A stretch of DNA of 64,000 nt from Desulfatiglandales bacterium (GTDB lineage Bacteria > Desulfobacterota > DSM-4660 > Desulfatiglandales > HGW-15), in assembly GCA_963667015.2 (NCBI GenBank), contig CAXXJJ010000004.1, positions 3,744,001 through 3,808,000 of the forward strand, given 5' to 3'. This document shows, piece after piece, positions 1-8,923 of this stretch. The notes beneath the pieces are model-generated. The model searched no databases. It was not told where the DNA came from and worked only from the letters and a program-made list of their open reading frames with translations. The position numbers were made by a program, and so were the translations under genes. The first letter of the stretch is position 1; each line of letters opens with the position of its first letter.

Positions 1-1
1 T

Positions 2-316
2 TACCTATACCAGTGCGACCCCATACCGGGATCAGGACATGTCAGGACTCCCGTGGAAAAAGGTTTTGAAATTATTAACGGGCTCAGGGGACATACAACC
101 GGCTATGCCATTCCGACTTTTGTTATTGATGCCCCTGGCGGGGGCGGCAAAATACCGCTGCTTCCCGACTATATCGAAGGCCGTGACGGCGATGATCTTC
201 TTTTAACAAATTATCGCGGCGGATTATACCGTTACCCGGATCCGGGCGGTCAAATCGGGGCGCAGGGATATCGCTTTAAAGGCGGTCCTGCAGGGAACAA
301 GGTGCTTTTGTCATGA
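2..316 (+). CDS. KamA-family radical SAM protein (lysine 2,3-aminomutase-like), C-terminal part; truncated by window edge
   Basis: Frame from base 2 reads YLYQCDPIPGSGHVRTPVEKG...LRGHTTGYAIPTFVIDAPGGGGKIPLLPDY, the characteristic KamA C-terminal motifs. Confidence 0.9.
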   Translation, partial: YLYQCDPIPGSGHVRTPVEKGFEIINGLRGHTTGYAIPTFVIDAPGGGGKIPLLPDYIEGRDGDDLLLTNYRGGLYRYPDPGGQIGAQGYRFKGGPAGNKVLLS

Positions 317-1320
317 AGGTGGGAATAACCTACGACCTCCAGGAATATTACCTGAGTCATGGCATGAGCGAAGAGGATGCCGCAGAGTTTGACAGGCCGG
401 ATACTATAGAGGGTATTGAGAATGCGGTGAAAACCCTCGGGTATGAAACCGACCGCATAGGCAATATATTTGAACTTACCGGGAGGCTTGCGGCCGGTGA
501 CCGCTGGGATATGGTATTTAATATTACAGAGGGGGTAAGGGGCTTTGGAAGAGAGGCCCAGGTCCCTGCCCTTCTTGATGCCTATGGTATTCCCTATACC
601 TTTTCTGATCCGCTTGTTCTCTCCCTTACACTGCACAAGGGCATGACCAAGCATGTTATAAGGGATATTGGAGTGCCGACGCCCGATTTTCAGGTTATCA
701 ACGGCCTTAAGGATCTTGAAAAATGCAGAATGACCTTTCCTCTTTTTGCAAAACCTGTTGCAGAGGGAACGGGCAAGGGAATCGGGTCCGACTCAAAAAT
801 CAGAGACAGAAAAGACCTGTATGAGGCATGCAAATGGATACTCGATACCTTCAAACAGCCGGTAATACTTGAAGCCTTCCTTCCGGGTAGGGAGTTTACC
901 GTTGGTATAACCGGAACAGGGGAAAAGGCTCTCTCTACCGGTGTAATGGAAGTGCTGCTCCAGAAGGGTGCAGACCCTGATTCATATTCCTATGCAAACA
1001 AGAAGCATTATGAAACAAGGGTGCAGTACAGGCTGGCAAATGACCCTGAAGCCTCAATGGCCGCTGAGACAGCGCTTGCCGCATGGCGCGGACTTGGCTG
1101 CAGGGATGGAGGACGGGTTGATCTGAGGTCCGACGAAAAGGGTATTCCCAATTTTCTTGAAGTAAATCCGCTTGCAGGTCTCAACCCTGAGATATCAGAC
1201 CTTCCTATTTTGTGCGGTTTGAACGGCATAGATTATCAGGAACTGATAAAACGTATTATGGATTCTGCCCTTGAAAGAATAAATAATACTCCTTCCATTA
1301 AAAATACCGACCGGCAATGA
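313..1320 (+). CDS. D-Ala-D-Ala ligase-like ATP-grasp enzyme (non-canonical)
   Basis: VFNITEG, FAKPVAEGTGKGI, GREFTV, RVDLR, LEVNPLAGL motifs; lacks the GGxSxE N-terminus of true Ddl; ATGA overlap with kamA. Confidence 0.88.
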   Translation: MKVGITYDLQEYYLSHGMSEEDAAEFDRPDTIEGIENAVKTLGYETDRIGNIFELTGRLAAGDRWDMVFNITEGVRGFGREAQVPALLDAYGIPYTFSDPLVLSLTLHKGMTKHVIRDIGVPTPDFQVINGLKDLEKCRMTFPLFAKPVAEGTGKGIGSDSKIRDRKDLYEACKWILDTFKQPVILEAFLPGREFTVGITGTGEKALSTGVMEVLLQKGADPDSYSYANKKHYETRVQYRLANDPEASMAAETALAAWRGLGCRDGGRVDLRSDEKGIPNFLEVNPLAGLNPEISDLPILCGLNGIDYQELIKRIMDSALERINNTPSIKNTDRQ

Positions 1321-2333
1321 AAATAACCATCATATTTGACAAGCCGGGATACGGTGACATTCCGCCGGACCATGCCGATGTACTTTATCAGGTGGAAAGT
1401 GTTAAGGAGACACTAAACCTGCTTGGGCATGAGTGTTCTGAACTGGGAATTACTGCCGATCTTAAAAGCTTTTCCTGCAGAATAAAACAGGAGGCGCCAG
1501 ATCTTGTTTTCAACCTTGTTGAGTCAGTTGAAGGAAAGGGAAATCTCATACACCTTGCCCCTGCTGTTCTCGATACGCTTGCAATCCCATATACGGGGTC
1601 AAAGGCCGACAGTATCTACAGGACATCCAATAAACTCCTAGCCAAGGACTGGCTCGACAGAAACGGAATTCCTACACCGGATTATATCTCACCTGAGGAG
1701 AAAACCGGCAGGACCATATTTGCAAAGGGAGAGTATATAATTAAATCGGTCTGGGAGCATGCCTCCATAGGGCTTGATGATAACTCCATTGTATCAGCAG
1801 ACTCTGTGGAAATTCTATTAAAGGAGATGGAAAAGCGAAAAAAAAACCTTGGAGGACAGTGCTTTGCCGAAAGATATATTGACGGCAGAGAGTTTAATCT
1901 TTCCATGCTGGCCGGCCCTGATGGCCCGGAGATTCTGCCTCCTGCGGAGATCAGATTTGAATCATTCACTGACCGGAAAAGGAAAATAGTGGGTTATGAA
2001 GCAAAGTGGGATGAGAACTCCTTTGAGTATCACAATACTGTGAGGACATTTGATTTTCCTGATTCAGATACCCCGTTATTAAAAAGACTGAAGGAGCGAT
2101 CACTCAAATGCTGGAAACTCTTCAAAATTAAAGGATACTGCCGTGTTGATTTCAGGGTGGATGAAAAAAACCGGCCGTGGGTGCTGGAGGTAAACGCCAA
2201 CCCGTGCATTTCTCCTGATGCAGGCTTTATGGCTGCAGCAGGGCGCGCAGGATTAAGTGCCGGGGAAGTTGTGAATAGAATTATAAATGATTCAAACGTC
2301 ATTATTCAGGGAAAACAGTCGTGTTCAGAATAA
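1317..2333 (+). CDS. Second D-Ala-D-Ala ligase-like ATP-grasp enzyme
   Basis: VFNLVES, KSVWEHASIGL, GREFN, RVDFRVD, LEVNANPCI motifs; ATGA overlap with the previous gene. Confidence 0.88.
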   Translation: MKITIIFDKPGYGDIPPDHADVLYQVESVKETLNLLGHECSELGITADLKSFSCRIKQEAPDLVFNLVESVEGKGNLIHLAPAVLDTLAIPYTGSKADSIYRTSNKLLAKDWLDRNGIPTPDYISPEEKTGRTIFAKGEYIIKSVWEHASIGLDDNSIVSADSVEILLKEMEKRKKNLGGQCFAERYIDGREFNLSMLAGPDGPEILPPAEIRFESFTDRKRKIVGYEAKWDENSFEYHNTVRTFDFPDSDTPLLKRLKERSLKCWKLFKIKGYCRVDFRVDEKNRPWVLEVNANPCISPDAGFMAAAGRAGLSAGEVVNRIINDSNVIIQGKQSCSE

Positions 2334-4099
2334 GACGCATATACGACGATATACTCCCTGTTGACAGAACGATTATACCCCAGATACAGGATATTCTCAG
2401 GTCGCAATTTCCCCTGCTTTCTGATGAAACAATACAGAAGCTGCCTGATCAGCTCATTAATCCTCTCAAATACAGGTTCAGGTCGATCCTTTTTGTGGCT
2501 GAAGGGGACAAAAGGAAAATAAAGGGATTTGCAATACTTCAGCATGCCCCTGATCTTAAGTTTTGCTTTCTTGACTTTATCTCAACAACCGAACATGGCA
2601 TGGGAAGGGGAACGGGCAGCATCCTCTATGAAAGGGTAAGACAGGAGGCCCTTGGGCTTAATGCAACAGGCCTGTTTTTTGAGTGTCTTCCTGATGATCC
2701 GGCACTATGCAGGGATAAGGAAATACTGAAACAGAATATTTCGAGACTTCGCTTTTACGAAAAATTCGGAGCAAGGCCTCTATTCAACACTGCCTATGAA
2801 ACACCGCTTACCCCCGAAGATGACTGTCCCCCTTATCTTGTTTTCGATAACCTTGGCAAAACAAGAATCCTTTTTCGTAACTGGACGAGAAAGGTGGTCA
2901 GGGCAATTCTCGAAAGGAAATATGCAGACCTCTGTCCCCGGGCATACATTGATATGGTTGTTAAATCAATTTCCGATCACCCTGTTATGATCAGGGAACC
3001 TAAATATGAAAAGAAAACCGATCCTGTAACGGTCAAAGAAGTCAGGTCCATAGATCAATCCATCATTCTGGTGGTCAATGACAGGCATGAGATACACCAT
3101 GTCCATGAACGAGGGTATGTTGAGTCTCCGGTACGAATCAACCGCATCCTGGACAAAATTGAGTCAATGGGAATTTTTGAAAGAACGGAAGTCAAACATT
3201 ATTCCGAAAAAAATATTCTGGCAGTCCATGACCGTGGATATGTCAATTACCTGAAAAAAGTATGCACCATGGTTGAAAAGGGCAGGTCTCTGTACCCCTA
3301 TGTCTTTCCCATAAGAAACAACAGCCGCCCGCCAAAGGAACTGCCGGTAAGGGCAGGATACTACTGCATTGATACCTTTACGCCTATTAATGAAAACGCC
3401 TATCTCGCAGCAAAAAGGGCTGTGGACTGCGCGCTTACGGTTACCGAAAAGGTTCTTGAAGGTTACAGGTTCGGCTATGCTCTTGTCAGGCCCCCGGGTC
3501 ATCACGCCGAGTACAATGTTTTCGGAGGGTTCTGTTATTTCAACTCTGTGGCTGTCGCGGCCAATTATCTAAGCCGGTACGGAAGGGTGGCGGTCCTTGA
3601 TATTGACTATCATCATGGTAACGGCACGCAGGATATTTTTTACAGCAGGCCCGACGTGCTCACGATCTCGATACATGGTCATCCCGGCTTTGCATATCCC
3701 TACTTCAGCGGGTTCAGGGATGAGAAAGGAGACAGGGAGGGCCTGGGCTGCAATATAAATATTCCGCTTCCCGAACATATAACATTTGAGCAGTACAGGA
3801 TAGCGCTTACCTCCGCTGTACAAAAAATCAGTACCTCGGGTTGTAAATTTCTTATTGTTGCACTTGGCCTTGATACGGCGAAGGGAGATCCTACCGGCAC
3901 ATGGCCGCTATTACCAAAGGATTTCATTTCTGTCGGCAGGATGATCGGGACGTTAAGGCTGCCGACAATAGTTATCCAGGAAGGGGGATACAAAATACGT
4001 TCACTGGGGACAAATGCCCAGCATTTCTTTAAAGGACTATGGGAGGGGGGCATATCATCTACCCCTGACAGCAATGGAAAAAAAACTTACTCAAAATAA
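2321..4099 (+). CDS. N-terminal GNAT-like domain fused to a histone deacetylase/acetylpolyamine amidohydrolase domain
   Basis: N-term GRGTGSILY and RLRFYEKFGA; C-term RPPGHHA, GFCYFN, LDIDYHHGNGTQDIFY, SIHG, QEGGY (HDAC family). Confidence 0.9.
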   Translation: MFRIRRIYDDILPVDRTIIPQIQDILRSQFPLLSDETIQKLPDQLINPLKYRFRSILFVAEGDKRKIKGFAILQHAPDLKFCFLDFISTTEHGMGRGTGSILYERVRQEALGLNATGLFFECLPDDPALCRDKEILKQNISRLRFYEKFGARPLFNTAYETPLTPEDDCPPYLVFDNLGKTRILFRNWTRKVVRAILERKYADLCPRAYIDMVVKSISDHPVMIREPKYEKKTDPVTVKEVRSIDQSIILVVNDRHEIHHVHERGYVESPVRINRILDKIESMGIFERTEVKHYSEKNILAVHDRGYVNYLKKVCTMVEKGRSLYPYVFPIRNNSRPPKELPVRAGYYCIDTFTPINENAYLAAKRAVDCALTVTEKVLEGYRFGYALVRPPGHHAEYNVFGGFCYFNSVAVAANYLSRYGRVAVLDIDYHHGNGTQDIFYSRPDVLTISIHGHPGFAYPYFSGFRDEKGDREGLGCNINIPLPEHITFEQYRIALTSAVQKISTSGCKFLIVALGLDTAKGDPTGTWPLLPKDFISVGRMIGTLRLPTIVIQEGGYKIRSLGTNAQHFFKGLWEGGISSTPDSNGKKTYSK

Positions 4100-4610
4100 G
4101 AATATAAAATGGCGGGAAGAGCCCCTATTTACCGATGTTGAAGATATCGTTAAGATAGTCGATTCAACAGGGTTTTTTTCCGATGAAGAGCTTGATATTG
4201 CAGCCGAGCTTGTAGAGGAAAGACTTGTTAAGGGAACAGAAAGCGGTTACTATTTTCTATTTCTTGAGATTGATAAAAAACTTACAGGCTACTCCTGTTA
4301 CGGCCCGGTTCCCGGAACGTTAAGCAGCTTTGATCTGTACTGGATTGCAGTTGATAATGAATCAAGGGGAGCTGGGCTTGGAAAACTCATTCTGGAAAGG
4401 TCAGAGCAGAAGATTTCAACCATGAACGGGACAAATATATATATTGAAACATCTTCAAGGGAACTTTATATTCCAACAAGAAAATTCTATGAAAGATGCG
4501 GGTACAGGGCAGAGGCTCAGTTAAAGGATTTTTATGCTCCGGGGGATGACAAGATCATTTATGTCAAGACGTTGCTTCGCTCAGATCATAAGGGAGTTAA
4601 AATATCCTAA
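4074..4610 (+). CDS. GNAT N-acetyltransferase
   Basis: LYWIAVD, RGAGLGK, ETSSRELY, FYERCGY motifs; ATG at 4074 preferred over 4014 because it limits the overlap with the upstream gene. Confidence 0.85.
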   Translation: MEKKLTQNKNIKWREEPLFTDVEDIVKIVDSTGFFSDEELDIAAELVEERLVKGTESGYYFLFLEIDKKLTGYSCYGPVPGTLSSFDLYWIAVDNESRGAGLGKLILERSEQKISTMNGTNIYIETSSRELYIPTRKFYERCGYRAEAQLKDFYAPGDDKIIYVKTLLRSDHKGVKIS

Positions 4611-4745
4611 GGCATATAAAAATGCAGAGCCTTAATTTTAATCTATACTTTTACTGCATTGAAATAGGTTATGACTTATAGCACAAATCTCAATATTTGA
4701 TAATTCTATATAAAGCTTGAGTAGAAGAACCGACTTTTTAATGCT

Positions 4746-5102
4746 TTATTGATGCGCTTCTTTTTTACCCAGTGATTCTGCGATGATTGATGTAACAAGT
4801 GCATTCATACTAACACCTTCTTGTTTTGCGCGTTCAGCAAGTCTCACATGTAAGCTTTTTGGTATTCGCTGAACAAAACGACCGCTAGCCTGACTACTGA
4901 ACGGTTCCGGAACCCCGTCATCAAATTCTCGTGCTGTTTCAATCCATGAATTCATGGCATCAATACCGTTTTTTATGGCCTCTTCAATTGTATCGCCATC
5001 TGATATGCAACCGGGCAAATCAGGAAAGGATATTAAATAGCCTCCCCCTTCTTCTTCAGAAAGGTTTCTTATTTCGAATGGGTACTTGAGTTGTTCATCC
5101 AT
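4746..5102 (-). CDS. hicB: HicB-family antitoxin
   Basis: GGGYLISFPDLPGCISDGDTIEEA and C-terminal SGRFVQRIPKSLH ribbon-helix-helix; start placed at ATG 5102. Confidence 0.9.
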   Translation of the reverse strand: MDEQLKYPFEIRNLSEEEGGGYLISFPDLPGCISDGDTIEEAIKNGIDAMNSWIETAREFDDGVPEPFSSQASGRFVQRIPKSLHVRLAERAKQEGVSMNALVTSIIAESLGKKEAHQ

Positions 5103-5106
5103 AGTT

Positions 5107-5343
5107 CTATTCTCCCTCTCCTTCATCGATAAGGCGAACAAATTTTTTTATATAGATTGGTTTAATCGGTCGATGTGCTGGAACTGTGAGTTTTGATCCA
5201 TTAGGATGTCGAAAAGTAACATGACTTGTTCCAGGTTGCCGCCATTCTATATTAAAACGTTTCGCAATATCCTTGAGTGTTTCAATCTGCCAATCACGGG
5301 GATTGTTTTGTAATTTAATTATTAGTTTATCAATTTTCGACAT
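5107..5343 (-). CDS. hicA: HicA-family toxin
   Basis: GTSHVTFRHP and TVPAHRPIKPIYIK; directly upstream of hicB. Confidence 0.88.
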   Translation of the reverse strand: MSKIDKLIIKLQNNPRDWQIETLKDIAKRFNIEWRQPGTSHVTFRHPNGSKLTVPAHRPIKPIYIKKFVRLIDEGEGE

Positions 5344-5348
5344 AATAG

Positions 5349-5377
5349 ATGATACTATCCGTGATATCATTTGTCAA
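5349..5377 (-). promoter_or_regulatory. sigma70 promoter of hicAB overlapped by an inverted-repeat operator
   Basis: Minus strand TTGACA-17 nt-TATCAT; ATGATA-N10-TATCAT inverted repeat at 5349-5370; ATG follows 5 nt after the -10. Confidence 0.7.
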
Positions 5378-5455
5378 GTTTGTAATTTAACAGTTTAGAT
5401 AATTTTGTGAACCATTTGTGATAAGGCGCTGGCGGATTTATAGCAATCATGTCAA

Positions 5456-5712
5456 TATCATAGTAATGTTTTTGTAAACTTTGTTTTTAAGACAAGAGGG
5501 AAGGAGAGTACAATTATTGCCCGCAGTCCCAGTAATTGGATTAAGTATTATCCATACACTGAAGCAGTATTGATAGACTGTAAACTCTCCGGGATTGATC
5601 CTGTCGGATGGGGTAACATTGGAGGCGATGTTTCAAATATCCATTACTGTGAGTATAACAGCAGGAATTTAAAGGATAGAACACCGGTAGATGTAACAAA
5701 ACGGCATCCGGT
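5456..5712 (+). pseudogene. Internal fragment of a pectinesterase (CE8)-like gene
   Basis: Frame reads YHSNVFVNFVFKTRGKESTIIARSPSNWIKYYPYTEAVLIDCKLSGIDPVGWG...HYCEYNS...VDVTKRHP; in-frame stops just upstream and no plausible start. Confidence 0.5.
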
Positions 5713-6605
5713 AGGCGATTCGTTAAAGAACGAACCAACGCTTCGTCGCGACTAATTACAAATCTCTGGCAATGGTTTGCGAGGGCCAAATTTAACTGAC
5801 GTATCTTTTTTTCTCCTGCCACCATGTGGTACAGCGCCCCAATATTCCCATGAATCGCTAAGAGGCACGATTCCGTCAGTGGGAATAGTATTAAAGCATC
5901 AGTATTACCGAATCCTATCCCCCATAAATTTCTCTCTCGTGGAGCTACGGTGGTTAGTAGAACGGGGGCATCTGTGGTAATGAAGGATTTCTTTTCGGTT
6001 TCCCGATGAATGATTGACCAATCACGTCCAGCTAAGATTGGAGCGACATTGAAAGCCATCTTTATTGCCATCCCGACTGCCCAAGTATGCTTTGTATTTA
6101 TCTCATATTGCCCATTTTTAACAAAATTTACAAGCTCTTGCGCCTCTGTATTCAATTCCTCTTCAGTTGTATTCGCGTTAGATTTGCTGCGCATTCGTGC
6201 CTTAACGTCCTCTATATCTCCAAACATTTGATCACACATGTCTCTAATCAGAGAGGAGTTGAAAGCCTTAAGTGAATCAACAATGTCTGGAGTCCGGAAG
6301 GCAGCAAAGGCCACAAATATTGCAAAGTCAGTACGCTCGTCTACATTGATTTTTTCCCTCCCGGCTAGTTTCTTGATGACATTACTAGCTTTAGTTTCAT
6401 AATCGGAAAGAAGTTGCTCTAACTCGAAGCGTCGATTGCCTTCTGAGTCCTCCATTGTATAAAAGTGACCAATGACGCAAGTATTCACTGGCTGCTGAAC
6501 TCGTATCTCATTCAATTCCCGGTCGAACACTGCAACCATTCCACTTTTAGTGAACCCTTCGAGATAGAACTGTTGCAGATAGTGTTGTCTCTTGGGTCTA
6601 TTCAT
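5541..6605 (-). CDS. DUF4238-like protein, probably 3'-truncated at about 5712 with a read-through tail
   Basis: N-term RQHYLQQFYL, FITTDAPV, FPLT motifs; the last ~55 codons are the antisense of the pectinesterase-like fragment. Confidence 0.65.
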   Translation of the reverse strand: MNRPKRQHYLQQFYLEGFTKSGMVAVFDRELNEIRVQQPVNTCVIGHFYTMEDSEGNRRFELEQLLSDYETKASNVIKKLAGREKINVDERTDFAIFVAFAAFRTPDIVDSLKAFNSSLIRDMCDQMFGDIEDVKARMRSKSNANTTEEELNTEAQELVNFVKNGQYEINTKHTWAVGMAIKMAFNVAPILAGRDWSIIHRETEKKSFITTDAPVLLTTVAPRERNLWGIGFGNTDALILFPLTESCLLAIHGNIGALYHMVAGEKKIRQLNLALANHCQRFVISRDEALVRSLTNRLPDAVLLHLPVFYPLNSCCYTHSNGYLKHRLQCYPIRQDQSRRVYSLSILLQCMDNT

Positions 6606-6726
6606 AATCGGTTTTCCAACATATTTCTCTGTCAGAGTCTGTTTATTGTTTGCATCAGGTCGTCAATGAGGTTGTCGAAAACCCCCGGAAAAAATATTTG
6701 TAAATTACGACTTTAAAAAATGGCTT

Positions 6727-7450
6727 TCATGATGATTCTTGAATTTTAATATTAGTCGGAAATTTTAAAATCTCTGATTGCCAATATGAAAAACCTTTCT
6801 GCGCTTCATTTGCATCTTTCCCTATGGCACCGCAACTTATTGTCCAATTGTGCTGGATGCCCTGATATGTTAACCATTGCAACTGAATATATTTTTGAAT
6901 ATAGCTGATAACTGATCGGTCATTTCAGAAATGGTTAGACCTTCAGCCATACTCTGGTATAAAGTCGTTTGTGGAATATTTTTAGCACTTGTATATTCCT
7001 GGACTATAACTGCACATTCAGCATATGGTGTACCAGAAGGAGCTATAAATTTAATTCTAGAGTTACCAGTAGATGTAGGCTGCTGAACCAATAGATTGGA
7101 AGGACGACTGTAAAAGGACGTGGAGAATTTATGACATTTACTGCCTGTTCGAAACCATGATTATTATTAAACACATCTTGAAGAGTTTGAAGTGTACTAA
7201 AAACAAATATTAAAATCCATATGGTGATGACAACATAATTGGCTATTTTTATATATTTATTAGCTTTTTTTATATTGTAAATGATGAGCAGAACGATTGG
7301 AATAATTGAAATACCTATGAAATTACCTATCCATAAAGGTATTAATTCATTCAATGGGGATAAAGGGGCAATACCAGCATAATATTTTCTAATAATAAAT
7401 AGAGGTATAGCGATAACCAAATATATAATAAATAGTATATTAGGACTCAT
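6727..7450 (-). pseudogene. Frameshifted membrane protein with a soluble C-terminal domain
   Basis: 3-TM ORF 7043-7450 joins ORF 6870-7091 by a 1-nt shift at ...IYW/VQQP; further pieces (VNISGHPAQL, ISCGAIGKDANEAQKGFSYWQ...QESS*) continue to 6727; very AT-rich. Confidence 0.5.
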
Positions 7451-7685
7451 GAAGGCTCTTCCCTTCGTTCAACTCGCTACGTCATTTATGACCAGTCATT
7501 CAACAGATCTGTATATTTTTACAAAGTGAATGCTATACAGAAAGATAGTTATATAAAAAATAAGACAAGTAAACATTTCTTTCCATAATCTTAAGTTATG
7601 CAGAAATACAGACTTCTTAGTATTAGATAAATGTCACAAGAAATCAAAACATTCTTCTCAGATTGGTAAGATCAAGTACCAGTTT

Positions 7686-8822
7686 TTACAACTGGTCAAC
7701 AACAGTGTGCCTTGTATCACGACGGGTCTTTGACAATAAATTCATCCCTGTCTCCGGATCAAAAAAATGGGCACGTTCCATATCAAAACAGAGGTTGATG
7801 GAATCCCCTTCCATGGCGGTTGTTCTTAAATCCAGCTTTGCCTTTATAGACTGTCTTCCAATGGCAGCTTCTATCTCTTTTTCAAATCCGAGAGGTTCAA
7901 CAATATCAACCATCAGATCTTGAATTTTTGAAAGAGATGACCCAGGTTCTGCATTCTTTTCATCAATAAAAAACTCCGGCCTGATTCCCAATTTGATTTC
8001 CCTCCCCGATTCTGAATCTGATACATTCTTCATTTTATTAGAAAGAGATATTCTTTGTCCTTCAAGGTCAATATGTTGAGGAAAAAGCCTTGCATCCAGG
8101 ATATTCATAGCGGGTGCTCCAATAAATGTAGCCACAAAGATATTAACAGGTTCAAGATATATCGCCATAGGACTGCCCTGCTGCTCTATGCAGCCGTCTC
8201 TCATAACAACAACTCTGTCTCCAAGGGTCATGGCTTCTACCTGATCGTGGGTGACATAAATACTTGTGGTTTTATACTCACGGTGTATTCTCCTGATTTC
8301 AACGCGCATCCTGTTTCTCAGCTTGGCATCGAGGTTGCTTAAGGGCTCATCAAAGAGAAACAGGTTTGCATCCCTTACAATCACCCTGCCCATTGCAACA
8401 CGCTGCCTCTGACCGCCCGAAAGCTGTGCAGGCTTTCTGTCAAGCAGTTCTTCCAGCTCAAGTATCTTTGAAGCCTTTTTCAGTCTTTCCTCTATGATAT
8501 CCCCTGACACCCTGGCCCGCTTAAGCCCGAATATGATATTTTCTCTCACGTTTTTATGCGGGTAAAGGGCGTAGTTCTGGAATACCATTGCAATGTTACG
8601 ATGATGAGGTTCGATCATGTTAACAACCCTGTCATCAATTATAACTTCTCCTTCAGTAACATCCTCAAGCCCTGCAACAAGTCTTAAGGTAGTGCTCTTG
8701 CCGCAGCCGGACGGCCCCACAAGAACAACAAACTCGCCCTCTCCTATTTCAAGGTTAATGTTATGCAGGACATCGACGTTATTGAAGGATTTAAAAATGT
8801 TTTTCAGTTTAACAGTGGACAT
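7686..8822 (-). CDS. Carbohydrate ABC transporter ATP-binding subunit (MalK/UgpC family)
   Basis: GPSGCGKST, VFQNYALYPH, LSGGQRQRVAMGR, DEPLSNLDAKLR, THDQVEAMT; TOBE-like C-terminus. Confidence 0.95.
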   Translation of the reverse strand: MSTVKLKNIFKSFNNVDVLHNINLEIGEGEFVVLVGPSGCGKSTTLRLVAGLEDVTEGEVIIDDRVVNMIEPHHRNIAMVFQNYALYPHKNVRENIIFGLKRARVSGDIIEERLKKASKILELEELLDRKPAQLSGGQRQRVAMGRVIVRDANLFLFDEPLSNLDAKLRNRMRVEIRRIHREYKTTSIYVTHDQVEAMTLGDRVVVMRDGCIEQQGSPMAIYLEPVNIFVATFIGAPAMNILDARLFPQHIDLEGQRISLSNKMKNVSDSESGREIKLGIRPEFFIDEKNAEPGSSLSKIQDLMVDIVEPLGFEKEIEAAIGRQSIKAKLDLRTTAMEGDSINLCFDMERAHFFDPETGMNLLSKTRRDTRHTVVDQL

Positions 8823-8845
8823 GGGTTCCTGTAAATAAATGAACT

Positions 8846-8922
8846 GGTTTACGGTATAAGGTATACGGTTTGAGGAAAGGCTTTATGCCGTAGACCTTAC
8901 ACCGCAAACCTTACACCGTGCC
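8846..8922. repeat. Inverted pair of 7-bp periodic repeats
   Basis: GGTTTAC GGTATAA GGTATAC GGTTTGA GG ... CCGTAGA CCTTACA CCGCAAA CCTTACA CCGTGCC. Confidence 0.7.
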
Positions 8923-8923
8923 T

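Noticed and set aside
313..2333. Assigning the gene symbol ddl
   Set aside because: The canonical Ddl N-terminal substrate motif is missing and the context is not cell-wall synthesis
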